Below, one piece after another: positions 24,679 to 36,301 of a stretch of 64,000 nt of DNA; positions within the stretch are counted from its first letter, which is position 1, and every line of letters starts with the position of its first letter. The translations under genes were made by a program, and so were the position numbers. This stretch comes from Mobula hypostoma (Eukaryota): positions 120,716,001 to 120,780,000 of the forward strand of contig NC_086097.1 in the NCBI RefSeq assembly GCF_963921235.1, in the 5' to 3' direction. The notes under the pieces were generated by a model, which saw only the letters and a list, made by a program, of their open reading frames with translations, searched no databases and was not told the origin of the DNA.

Positions 24679-27560
24679 TCAAAGTAAATTTACTACATTA
24701 ATGTCACCATATATAACTCTCAAATTTGTTTTCTTGTGAGCATACACAGTAAATCCAAGAAACATAATCGAATCAATGAAAGACCACATGCAACATGAGG
24801 AACAAACAACCAATATGCAAAAGATAACAAACTCTCCAAACACAGAAGAAATAATGATAATGAATAAATATCAAAAACATGAGATGAAGAGTCCTTGAAA
24901 GTAAGTCTATAAGTGTGGGACCAGTTCAGTGATGGGGTGACAGAAGTTGAGTGAAGTTATACCGATTGGTTCAAGAGTCTGATGGTTGTCGGATAATAAC
25001 AGTTCCTGTACCTGGTAGTGTGGGTCCTGAGACTCCTGTACCTTCTTCCTGATGGCAGCAGCGAGAAGAGAGCATGGCCTGGGTGATGGGGTTGGTTGAT
25101 GGATGCTGCTTTCCTGCGACAATGCTCCATGTAGATGTGCTCACTGGTGGTGGCGGCATTACCTGTGACAGACTGGGTCGCGTCCACTATTTTTTGTAGG
25201 ATTTTCCATTCAAGGGTATTGGTGTTTCCATACTAGGCTGTGATGCAACTGGTCAATATACTCTTCACCACACATTTATAGAAGTTTGTCAAAGTTTTAG
25301 TAATGTCATGCTGAATCTTCGCAAACTTCTAAGTAAGTAGAGTCGCTGCCATGCGTTCTTCGTACTTGTACTTATGAGCTAGGCTCAAGACAGATTCTCT
25401 GAAATGATTACACTGAGGAATTTAAAGTTGCTGGCCTTCTCCAACTCTCATCCCCCAGGAACGGCTCATGGACTTGTGGTTTCCTCTTGCTGAAGGCAAT
25501 ATGCAGCTCCTCGGACTGCCTACCATTGAGTGAGAGGTCGTTGTTGTGGCACCTCTCAGCCAGATTCTCTACCTTCCTCCAATATGCTGATTTGTCACCA
25601 CCTATGATTCATCCAACGACAGTGGTGTTATCAGCAAACTCGAATATGGCATTGGAGCTGTGCTAAGCCATACAATCATAAGTGTATAACGAGTCGAGCA
25701 AAGGACTAACACACTGCCTTGTGGTGCACCAGTGTTGATGGAGATTGTGGCGGAAGTGCTGTTGCCAATCCAAACTAACTGGTGTCGGTGAGTGAGGAAA
25801 TCAAGGATCCAATTGCACAAGGAGGTACTGAGGACAAGTTCTTGAAGATTATTGATTAGTTTATAGGAGCTGGATCTGCAGCTGGATCTTCAACTTCCTC
25901 ACAGACAGGACCCAGGCTGTAAAAATAGGGGACAAGCTCTCCTCTACCATCACTCTGAGCACCAGTGCCCCACAAGGCTGTGTACTCAGCCCCCTGCTGT
26001 ACTCACTGTACACCCATGATTGTGTAGACAAGTTTCTATCAAACTCTATATATAAGTTTGCTGATGACACAACAATTGTAGGCTGTATCTCGGGTAATGA
26101 TGAGTTTGAGTACAGAGAGGAAAATAAGAACCTGGTGGCATGAGGCAAAGACAATAACCTATCCCTCAACGTCAGCAAGACGAAGGAATTGGTTGTTGAC
26201 TTCAGAAGGAGTAGCGGACGGCACGACCCCATTTACATCGGTGGTGCGCAAGTGGAACAGGTCAAAAGCTTTAAGTTCCTGGGGGTCAATATCACAAATG
26301 ACCTGACTTGGTCCAACCAAGCAGAGTCCACTGCCAAGAAGGCCCACCAGCACCTTCACTTCCTGAGAAAGCTAAAGAAATTTGGCCTGTCCCCTAAAAC
26401 CTTCACTAATTTTTATAGATGCACCATAGAAAGCATTCTTCTAGGGTGCATCACAACCTGGTATGGAAGTTGTCCTGTCCAACACCGGAAGAAGCTGCAG
26501 AAAATCGTGAACGCAGCCCAGCATATCACACAAACCAATCTTCCATCCTTGGACTCACTTTACACCGCACGCTGTCGGAGCAGTGCTGCCAGGATAATCA
26601 AGGACACAACTCACCCAGCCAACACACTTTTCATCCCTCTTCCCTCCAGGAGAAGGCTCAGGAGCTTGAAGACTCGTACGGCCAGATTTGGGAACAGCTT
26701 CTTTCCAACTGTGATAAGACTGCTGAATGGATCCTGACCTAGATCTGGGCCGTACCCTCCAAATATCTGGACCTGCCTCTCGGTTTTTTTGCACTACCTT
26801 ACCTTCCCTTTTCTGTTTTCTATTTATGATTTATAATTTAACTTTTTAATATTTACTAATGATTTGTACTCCAGGGAGTGCAAAGCGCAGAATCAAATAT
26901 CGCTGTGATGATTGTACGTTCTAGTATCAATTGTTTGGCGACAATAATGTATAAGATATAAGTCAAAGTACCATGATATTGATGCAGAGCTGTGTTCAAT
27001 AAGGAGCATCTTATTGCAAGTACCTTTGTTCTCCAGATGTTCCAGGGTTGACTGACGAGCCAATGAAATGGTATCTGCTGTGAATCTGTTTCGGTGGTCG
27101 GCACATTAGAGTGGATCCAAGTTCTTTCTCAGTCAGGAGTTGATACATTTCATCGCCAACCTCTCAAAGCATTTCATCACCGTGGATGTAAGTGCTACTG
27201 GACAACACTCATTGAGGCAAGTCACTACATTCTTCTTAGGCACCGGTATAATTGAAGCTTGCTAGAAGCATGTGCATTCCTCAAAATGCCAAAGCAAGAG
27301 GTTAAAGCTATCAAGGAACACTCTAGCCAGTTGGCCAGTGCAGGTCATCAGTACTCGGCCAGGTGCCCCATCTGGGCTGGATGCTTTCTGTGGGTTCACC
27401 GTCCTGAAGAATGCTTTCACGTCAGCCTCATAACTGAAATCACAGGTTATCAGGGCTGTGGAAGGCTGTGAAAGTTACTCCATGTATTGATGGTCGAAGC
27501 ACGCATAAAAGGCATTGAGCTTATTTGGGAGCAAGGCTCTGGTTGTCACCTATGTTGCTT
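24678..27560 (-). mobile_element. Rex1/Babar-type LINE (RT to tail), interrupted by a younger opposite-strand copy
   Basis: [55 protein letters not shown]; upstream part resumes at about 26965. Confidence 0.88.
25870..26962 (+). mobile_element. Younger Rex1/Babar-type LINE, 5'-truncated
   Basis: [40 protein letters not shown] 26189-26737 VVDFRR..FKFLGVNITNDLTWS..NSFFPTVIRLLN. Confidence 0.92.
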
Positions 27561-28835
27561 GGCAGGTCACCCTTTTGGAAGGGTGAGATCATTTACATTT
27601 TTCTCATAAAATGGTTGGTGCAAAGTTTTGAATTGTTTATAAATGTGTCTTTATAAGCCTATTTATTTTTCATTGTTAAATAGTCTTTACTTTCCATTTG
27701 GTTTCCATAGCTTAGTTGTGTTTATTTCTGATAGCCACGGAGCTGGGAACAGGTTTTCTGTTCTAAGTTTACAAATGGCAGTGCAATCAATGTACTGTAG
27801 ATGGGAAATTGATCCAGAAATCTTCTCCAGTGCCTGCCATTTGCAGAACGTTAATCTTCAAATAGATTTAAACCTCTCATGATTGGCCAAGGATCGAATA
27901 TGAATTAAGCAGGCCCAAGACTGTTTTCATGAGTTTAAACAGCAGATTCGCTGTTTCATTGCCTAAAGCATAGTAGAAACCTTGGATAAATAGTTATTCC
28001 CCCAAGCTTCCTGTCAATTTTTGGCCAAGGTTATTATGTGAGATCAAGGGATCTTGCTCTCATCCTCTCCTATCTTAATGCATTTCCACTCAATAGCCAT
28101 TTTTATCAGCTACCTCCTCAGGTGTACCTAATAAAATGGGCACATGAGTATATATCTCTCCATGTTGTTAAATAAAGTAATACTGTGAAACTAAAGATTT
28201 ACCTCCACAACAATGTATCTGCTGACAATACAGAGCAATTCTGACAATGTGATAAGTTACCAATCACCTTGGGTCAGGTAAAAGGCTGAATTGCTGGATT
28301 GTCCTACTGAAATCCCAGTAAAGTCAATCAAAGTTAGTCTGCAGACACTTCAACCTTGGGCATTAAGAACACCAGCTTACTGTAAAGATAATAATGCACC
28401 TACAATGTTTGTTCTTTTGATATGAAAACTGGTCATAAGTACAGAAAGTTAAAATATATGTTTTGAAATGTTATCTCTGCAAATTACTGAGTGAATTATG
28501 CTGTGATATGCGAGCAAATGGCAGCCAGCCCTTGGCCTCTCTGCTTTTTCAACAATCTACAGATTTATACGTAAATGTTCTATTAATCTTACACCAGAAA
28601 TTTAAACTAAAGTAATAAGACAGAACATACCCTTTTAAAGATTTGATAATTATTAATGTAACAGCAATTAACTTCTCTGGCTTTGAAAGGGAACAAACAT
28701 GAAATCTTATTCTGTTAGTCAACATTTATTCTCAGAGAGCTAAAAGCGAATTTAAGGATTTAAGGCTTAGGAATTTCATTTTGGTCTCTTTTTTTTCCTC
28801 TCACACTTTGCCTCCCTTCCTTTAATTCACTTCAT

Positions 28836-31450
28836 GGAAACATAGAAAACCTACAGGACAATACAGGCCCTTCAGCCCACAAAGTTGTGCCGAACACGTC
28901 CCTACCTTAGAAATTACTAGGCTTACCCATAGCCCTCTACTTTTCCAAGCTCCATGTGCCTATCCAAAAGTCTCTTAAAAGACCCTATCGTATCCGCCTC
29001 CACCACAGTTACCGGCTGCCCATTCCACGCACTCACTACTCTCTGAGTAAAATACTTACCCATGACATCACCTCTGTACCTACTCCCCAGCACCTTAAAT
29101 CTGTGTCCTCTTGTGGCAACCATTTCAGCCCTGGGAAAAAGCCTCTGACTATCCACACAATCAATGCCTTTCATTATCATATACACCTCTCTCAGGTCAC
29201 CTCTCATCCTCCATCACTCCAAGGAGAAAAGGTGAATTCACTCAACCTGCTTTCATAAGGCATGCTCCCCAATCCAGGCAACATCCTTGTAAATCTCCGC
29301 TACACCCTTTCTATGGCTTCCACATCCTTCCTGTAGTGAGGTGACCAGAACTGATCACAGTACTCCAAGTGGGGTCTGACTAGGGTCCTATATAGCTGCA
29401 ACATTACCTCTCGGCTCCTAAATTCAATTCCATGATTAATGAAGGCCAATGCACCGTATGTTCTTAACCACAGAGTCAACCTATGCAGCTGTTTGAGTGC
29501 CCTATGGACTCGGACTCCAAGATCCCTCCGATCTTCCACACTGCCAAGAGTCTTACCATTAATACTATATTCTGCCATCAAATTTGACCTACCAAAATGA
29601 ATCACTTCACACTTATCTGGGTTTAACTCCATCTGCCAGTCCTCAGCCCAGTTTTGCATCCTATCAATGTCCCACTGTAACCTGTGACAGCCCACCACAC
29701 TATCCACAACATCTCCAACCTTTGTGTCATCAGTAAACTTACTAACGCATCCCTCCACTTTCTCATCCAGGTCATTTATAAAAATCATGAAGAGTAGGGG
29801 TCCCAGAACAGATCCCTGAGATACACCACTGGTCACTAACCTCTATGCAGAATATGACCCGTCTACAACCACTCTTTGCCTTCTGTGAGCAAACCAGTTC
29901 TGGATCCACAAAGCAATGTCCCCTTGGATCCCATGTTTCCTTACTTTCTCAATAAGTCTTGTATGGGGTACCTTATCAAATGCCTTGCTGAAATCCATAT
30001 ACACTATATCTACTGCTCTTCCTTCATCAATGTGTTTAGTCACATCCTCAAAAAATTCAAACAGGCTCATAAGGCATGACCTTCCCCTGACAAAGCCATG
30101 CTGACTATTCCTAATTATATTATTCCTCTCCAAATGTTCATAACTCCTGCCTCTCAGGATCTTCTCCATCAACTTACAAACCACTGAAGTAAGACTCACT
30201 GGTCTATAAATTCCTGGGCTGTTGCTACTCCCTTTCTTGAATAAAGGAACAACCTCTGCAAACCTACAATCCTCAGGAACCTCTCCCGTCCCCATTGATG
30301 ATTCAAAGATCATTGCCAGAGGTTCATCAATCTCCTCCCTCACCTCCCACAGTAGCTTGGGGTACATCTCACCCAGTCCTGGTGACTTATCCACTTGATG
30401 CTTTCCAAAAACTCCAGCACATCCTCTTTCTTAATATCTACAAGCTCAAGCTTTTCAGTCTGCTGCAAGTCAGCACTACAATCACCAAGATCCTTTCCCA
30501 TAGTGAATAATGAAGTAAGGTATTTTTTAAGCACTTCTGCTATTTTCTCCAGTTCCAAACACACTTAATAGGTACTATTCTTTCATATCTTATTCTCTTA
30601 CTCTTCACATACTTGTAGAATGCATTGGGGTTTTCCTTAATCCTGCCTGCCAAGACCTTCTCATGGCCCCTTCTGGTTCTCCAAATTTCCTTTTTACGCT
30701 CCTTCCTGTTAGCCTTATAACCTTCTAGATCTCTTACATTACCTAGCTCTCTGAACATTTTGTAAGCTTTTCTTTTCTTTTTGACAAGATTTATTACAGC
30801 CTTTGTACACCATGGTTCCTGTACCCTACCATAACTTCCCTGTCTCATTGGAACGTACCTATGCAGAACTCCAGACAGATATTCCCTGAATGTTTGCCAC
30901 ATTTCTTCCGTACTTTTCCCTGACAATATCTGTTTCCAATTTAAGCTTCCAATTTCCTGCTTGATAGCTTCATAATTCCCTTTACTCCAATTAAACGCTT
31001 TTCTAACTTGTCTGTTCCTATCGCTCTCCAATGCTATTGTAAAGGAGATGGAATTTTGATCACTGTCTCCAAAATGCTCTCCCACTGAGAGATCTGACAC
31101 CTGTCCAGGTTCAATTCCCAATACCAAATCAAGTACAGTCTCTCTTCTTGTAGACTTATCTACATATTGTGTCAAGAAACCTTCCTGAACACACCTAACA
31201 AACTCCACCCCATCTAAACCCCTTGCTCCAGGGAAATGCCCATGGATATTTGGGAGATTAAAATCTCCCATCATGACAACTCTGTTATTATTACACCTTT
31301 CCAGGATCTGTTCCCCTATCTGTTACTCTATATCCCTGTTACTATTGGGCGGCTGATGAAAAACACCCAGTAAAGTTATTGACCCCTTCCTGTTCCTAAC
31401 CTCCACCCACAGAGACTCCGTAGACAATCCTTCCTTTATGTCCACCTTTT
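28836..31450 (-). mobile_element. CR1 LINE about 2.6 kb (endonuclease to tail), frameshifted
   Basis: ORFs 30540-31274 (MGDFN, LDLVL, SDQ), 29843-30394, 29300-29836 (KFTDDTK) and 28923-29207; tail ttttctatgtttc. Confidence 0.95.
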
Positions 31451-31612
31451 GTAGTATATATGTAGCCCCCCCGGCCGGTCTCAGGGTTGCTTGGCTCGTT
31501 GTTGTCGAGGGAAAACAGCCCTCTGCCCCGCCAAACTGGGTAATAGTTTGTGTGGATGCTGTGTGATGTACCCCACCCCACCCAAATAACAGACAATACA
31601 CCAGATACAATT

Positions 31613-32283
31613 AAAGTTGCTGGTGAACGCAGCAGGCCAGGCAGCATCTCTAGGAAGAGACGCAGTCGACGTTTCAGGCCGAGACCCTTCATCAGGACTA
31701 ACTGAAGGAAGAGTGAGTAAGAGATTTGAAAGTTGGAGGGGGAGGGGGAGATCCAAAATGATAGGAGAAGACTGGAGGGGGAGGGATGGAGCCAAGAGCT
31801 GGACAGGTGATAGGCAAAAGGGATACGAGAGGATCATGGGACAGGAGGTCCGGGAAGAAAGACAAGTGGGGGGGGGAACCCAGAGGATGGGCAAGGGGTA
31901 TATTCAGAGGGACAGAGGGAGAAAAAGGAGAGTGAGAGAAAGAATGTGTGTATAAAAATAAGTAACAGATGGGGTACAAGGGGGAGGTGGGGCCTTAGCG
32001 GAAGTTAGAGAAGTCTATGTTCATGCCATCAGGTTGGAGGCTACCCAGACGGAATATAAGGTGTTGTTCCTCCAACCTGAGTGTGACTTCATCTTTACAG
32101 TAGAGGAGGCCGTGGATAGACATGTCAGAATGGGAATGGGATGTGAAGTTAAAATATATATATTGGCAAGACCCAACGCAGACTGGGAGACCTCTTTGCT
32201 GAACACCTACGCTCTGTCCGCCAGAGAAAGCAGGATCTCCCAATGGCCACACATTTTAACTCCACATCCTATTCCCATTCTGT
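31613..32283 (-). mobile_element. Penelope-like element 3' part (GIY-YIG endonuclease end plus pseudo-LTR) with inverted 5' piece
   Basis: Minus: HSHSDMSIHGLLYC..RLEEQHLIFRLGSLQPDGMNIDFSNFR; plus 32159-32281: YIGKTQRRLGDLFAEHLRSV (YIG motif). Confidence 0.9.
31663..31700 (-). ncRNA. Minimal type-I hammerhead ribozyme motif (PLE-associated)
   Basis: UAGUC-CUGAUGA-A-GGGUCUCGGCCU-GAAAC-GUC-GACUG: complete core, helix I UAGUC/GACUG, helix II hairpin, palindromic ACGU helix III. Confidence 0.8.
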
Positions 32284-32525
32284 CAGTCACAGTCTAACCC
32301 AAAACAAGCTGCTAGCGCAAGAACTTTCTCAGCGTTTAACATAACAAAGAAGCATTCCCAAGTATAACATAACAAAGAAGCCATTTTAATGAGCCTACGC
32401 AGTAACATAAAAGACAAAACCCCCTTACATGTAGTTTCAGTTCAATTCACTCCCTGCAATTTAGTCAGTTTCTGCTCCCTTTTCTTCTGTATCTCTTCAC
32501 ATCCCAATGGCTAAGAAACTGCAAT

Positions 32526-33036
32526 ACGCATCGTGGCCATTTCATTAGGTATACCGATACACCTGGTCGTTAATGTAAATATCCAATTAGCCAATCATGT
32601 AGCAGTTTCTCATTGCATGAAAGCATGCAGACATGGTGAAGAAGTGTAGTTGTTGTTCAGACCGATTATCAGAATGGGGAAGGAATGTGATCTAAGTGAC
32701 TGACTGTGGAATGATTGTTGGTAGCAGACGGGGTTGCCTGATTATCTCAGAAATTGATCTCCAGGGATTTTCGTGTGCGACAGTCTCTAGTTTACAGAGA
32801 ATGGTGCAAAAAAAAAAATGAGCAACAGTTCTCTGGGCAAAAAATGCCTTGTTAACGAGAGATCAGAGGAGAATGGCCAGACTGGTTCAAGCTGACAGGA
32901 AGGTGACAGTAACTCCTGTAAATATGTGTTCCAACAGTAGGATGCAGGAGAGCATCTCTGAATGCACAACATGTTGAACCTTGAAGTGAATGGGCTACGG
33001 CAGGTGAAGATCACTCAGTGGGCACATTTTTTAGAT
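32526..33036 (+). mobile_element. Tc1/mariner deletion derivative (transposase N-terminal HTH only)
   Basis: MGKECDLSD..GMIVGSRR..ISE..DL.GFS..TVS.VYREWC..RMARLVQADRK across frameshifts; end sequence gtggccatttcattaggta. Confidence 0.8.
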
Positions 33037-33713
33037 AAATTTCAATACAAGGAGTGTTTAGGAAAGGTGGATGATCTTGGGGCATGGATCAGCATGTGGA
33101 ATTGTGAGATTGTAGATATTAATGGGACTTGGTTACAGGAGGGGCAGGTCTGGCAGCTCAGTGTTCAGGGTTCAGTCATTTTAGATGTGGTAGAGTGGGA
33201 CGGGTGGCATTACTTAATCCACTCAACATTTCTATGGCATTGATGTTATCAAATTCAGGAAGAGATGGGTCCCCAGAAGGAATCAGATTGAATATGAGGA
33301 GAGAGAGTTTAAAAGAAGCGAGCAGGGTGGAGGGGGGCAGGAGTCAGCACATTTTGCATGCTATAATCCCAAGGAGACATTGGATTGTGCATAATTAGGC
33401 TCTTGACAAGGACGAATAAAAATAAAAATAAATTAATTCTAAGTGTGAGCCATTGTGTGAGCGCACCAGTGTTGGTTTGGGGATTTGAGGCTTTATCTGA
33501 CTGTAGATAGATATTTTTTAATTATGCCACACAAGATACTGGAATGCTCCTCTTGCAGGAGGTGAGACAGCAGGGAGACCTCCGGTGTCCTTGATGGCTA
33601 CAACCTCAAGAAGTGCATCCAACTGAAACTTCTAATAGATTGTGTTAAGGAGCTGGAACTGGAACTAGATGAACTCCAGATCATTCAGGAGGCTGAGGGT
33701 TTGATCGACAAGA

Positions 33714-34371
33714 GGGAGGAGAAGATGGCGACAAATGATATTGTATGTGTTAACTAGGGGCCGTGCACAATCCTGATTTGATGGAGACAGCCGTGAGAAG
33801 CACAGAGGAACACCTGGAGAAACTTCTGAAATGCCTGCTTCGCAGCCACTGCTACTGTGCGATCGGGAATCTCTGGAGGGGAAGGCCCCAGATCCTTGGC
33901 TTTGCCTATTGTCCGTTGCCAGGGCCTGGGTCGAAGCGCTCGGCAGAGATGGTGCTTGGTGCTCGGTGTCGGAGTTCTGGTTGGAGGCTTGGAGTTTTCG
34001 GACAGACTCAAGAGTCGGTTGTGGTTGGGTGCTTCCAGAGTGCTGCATCGGCAAGTTTGCAGCGCTTGGAGCTCATGGCAGGAAGAGAGTTTTTTTTCTT
34101 CCTTCTACCGTCTCTGTGAGATGATGGGACGTTCCAGAGACTTTGAGACTTTTTACCGTGCCCATGGTTTGTTCTTCATCAAGTTACGGTATTGCTTTGC
34201 ACTGTTGTAACTATATGTTATAATTATGTGGTTTTTGCCAGTTTTTCAGTCTTAGTTTGTCTTGTGTTTCTGTGATATGATTCTGGAGAAACATTGTATC
34301 ATTTCTTAATGCATGCATTACTAAATGACAATAAAAGAGGACTGCGTATCCCATAATATAATCTAATCTAA
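33714..34371 (+). mobile_element. Non-coding retroposon with AAGATGGCG head and LINE-type tail
   Basis: Splits CR1 ORF1 (..gacaagag | tacagggagg..); aagatggcg at 33722-33730; ends aaatgacaataaa..(taatc)n. Confidence 0.75.
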
Positions 34372-34856
34372 TACAGGGAGGTGGTTACATCAAAGGTGCA
34401 GGACACAGGTAACTGAATGATTAGCAGGAGGAGGAAAGGGAAGTAGGCTGCCACTGTGAAGTACATTCCCTTCAACAACAGGCATACTGCTTTGGATGCT
34501 GTTGGGGGGGGGGGGACAGTGGGTGACCTGGCAGAGAAAAGCCACAACAGTCAGGTCTCTGGCACTGAATCTGGCTCTGTGGCTCAGAGGGCAAGGGGGA
34601 AAAAGCCAGCTATAGTGATAGGGGATTCATTAGTTAGGGGAACAGAAAGGAGGTTCTGTGGATGAGAACAAGATTCCTGGATGGTTTGTCGCCTCCCGGG
34701 TGCTAGGGTCCGGGACATCGCAGATCAAATCCACAGCATTCTTAAGTGGAAGAGTGAGCAGCCAAAGGTCATGGTCCACATCAGTACCAATGACATCGGT
34801 AGGAAGGGTAACAAAGTCCTGCAAAGTGAGTTCAGGATGTTAGGTGCTAATTTTTC

Positions 34857-35117
34857 GCCGGCTGGTGGTGTAGTGGCATCAGTGCTGGACTGTGGAGCGA
34901 AGGTTCCGAAGTTCAAACCCAGCTGGCTCCCCTCAGCATGCTTTCCATCCGTGTGGGGTTACAAGCTGGTGATCTCTTTGGAAAAAAAACTCACCCGGCA
35001 GAAGGCAATGGCAAACCACAGCTGTAACTTGCCTCGTACATGAATTCCAACTATGTCAGAACGGTGAGGGAAGAGGTTGTCTGCTACCCGGAAAAATTCC
35101 CCATGCGACCTACATTA
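34857..35117 (+). mobile_element. tRNA-derived SINE with RTE/BovB-like motif
   Basis: A box TGGTGTAGTGG, B box GTTCAAACC, closing stem gccggctgg/ccagctggc; agaaggcaatggcaaaccac near 35000. Confidence 0.75.
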
Positions 35118-35933
35118 TAGGATAGGACTTCCAGGGTTGTGATCTCAGGTTTTCTACCCATGCCACATGCTAATGAAGCCAGAAATAGGAAGATCATGCA
35201 GTTTAACACATAGCTAAGGAGTTGGCGCAGGAGGGAGGGCTTCAGGTTTTTGAATCATTGGGCTCACTTCTGTACTGAGGGGATGGTTTGCACTTGGAAT
35301 GGAAGGGAACTAATATCTTTGCAGGAGGGTTTGCTAGTGCTGCACGTTGGGGGGGGGGTGCAGTGGGGGGGGGTGTTAAACTAGATTTGCAGGGGAAATG
35401 AGAACCAGAGCACCAGAACAAGCAGTGTAGTGTTCTGGAGAAAGATGTTGTTAAGGCTAAACCTTTCAAAAGTTTGAGCATGCTGAGATTAATGTTCTGA
35501 GCTGCGTAGATTTCAATGCAAGGAGCATTGTGGGAAAGGCAGGTGAGCTTAGTGCATGGATCAGCATATGGAATTATGATATTGTAGCCATTAATGAGAC
35601 TTAGTTGCAGGAAAGGCAGGACTGGCAGCTCAGTACTCCAGAGGTCCATTGTTTTAGCCATAATAGAGTGGGAGGGATTAAAGTGCAAGGGGTAGCATTA
35701 ATAGTCAGGGACAATGTCAGGGCTCAGTCAGAACAGACTGGAGAGCTCATCTAGTGAGGCTTATTGGATAGAACTGAGGATTAAGAACGGTATGACCGTG
35801 TTAATCAGATTATAATACAGACCAGCCAACAGTCTGTGGGATTTAGAGGAGTAACTTTGTAGACAGATCACAGACTGTGGAAAGAAACATAGGTTGTGAT
35901 AGTAGGTGATTATGACTTTCCACATATTGACTG

Positions 35934-36301
35934 CGGCTGGAAGGGTAGAGATACATCTCTACCAAAGGAGGTGTACGGCATACCTTCCCTTCGCTAGCCT
36001 GCAGGTCACCCTTGGGCAAGGCTTAACCCAGTGATAAAGGTCACGTGGAGCCATGGGAGCAGGTGGTGGATGGTCATATGAGTAGCTGGTGCATATCAAA
36101 ACTCCTGGTTATGCGACCACTGACGCCAGGCAAACAATCTCTGAAGTGTATTGATAATGGCTAGAGTCACCTGTCTTGTAAAGGCACTGCCCAGAGGAAG
36201 GTAATGGCAAAACAGTTCTGTGGAAAAATCTGTCAAGAACAATCATGGTCATGGAAAGACCATGATTGCCAACATGATACAAAATGGCTAATAACGAACA
36301 A
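35934..36301 (+). mobile_element. Non-tRNA SINE-like retroposon with RTE/BovB-like 3' region
   Basis: 12-bp TSD ACATATTGACTG at 35922-35933 and 36302-36313; gaggaaggtaatggcaaaac motif; tail aacgaacaaa. Confidence 0.85.

Larger units (their letters stand above)
31461..32429. mobile_element. Possible LTR-like element hosting the PLE insertion
   Basis: Begins tgtagcccc, ends ccccttaca; non-coding; no TSD found. Confidence 0.3.

Noticed and set aside
33665..34210. Cluster of overlapping 85-129 aa ORFs
   Set aside because: GC-rich body of a non-coding retroposon; open frames on both strands without motifs
34857..34927. tRNA gene
   Set aside because: T-arm and anticodon arm do not pair properly and it continues into a SINE body inserted in a CR1; the same applies to the heads at 8820-8893, 21370-21435 and 50970-51045
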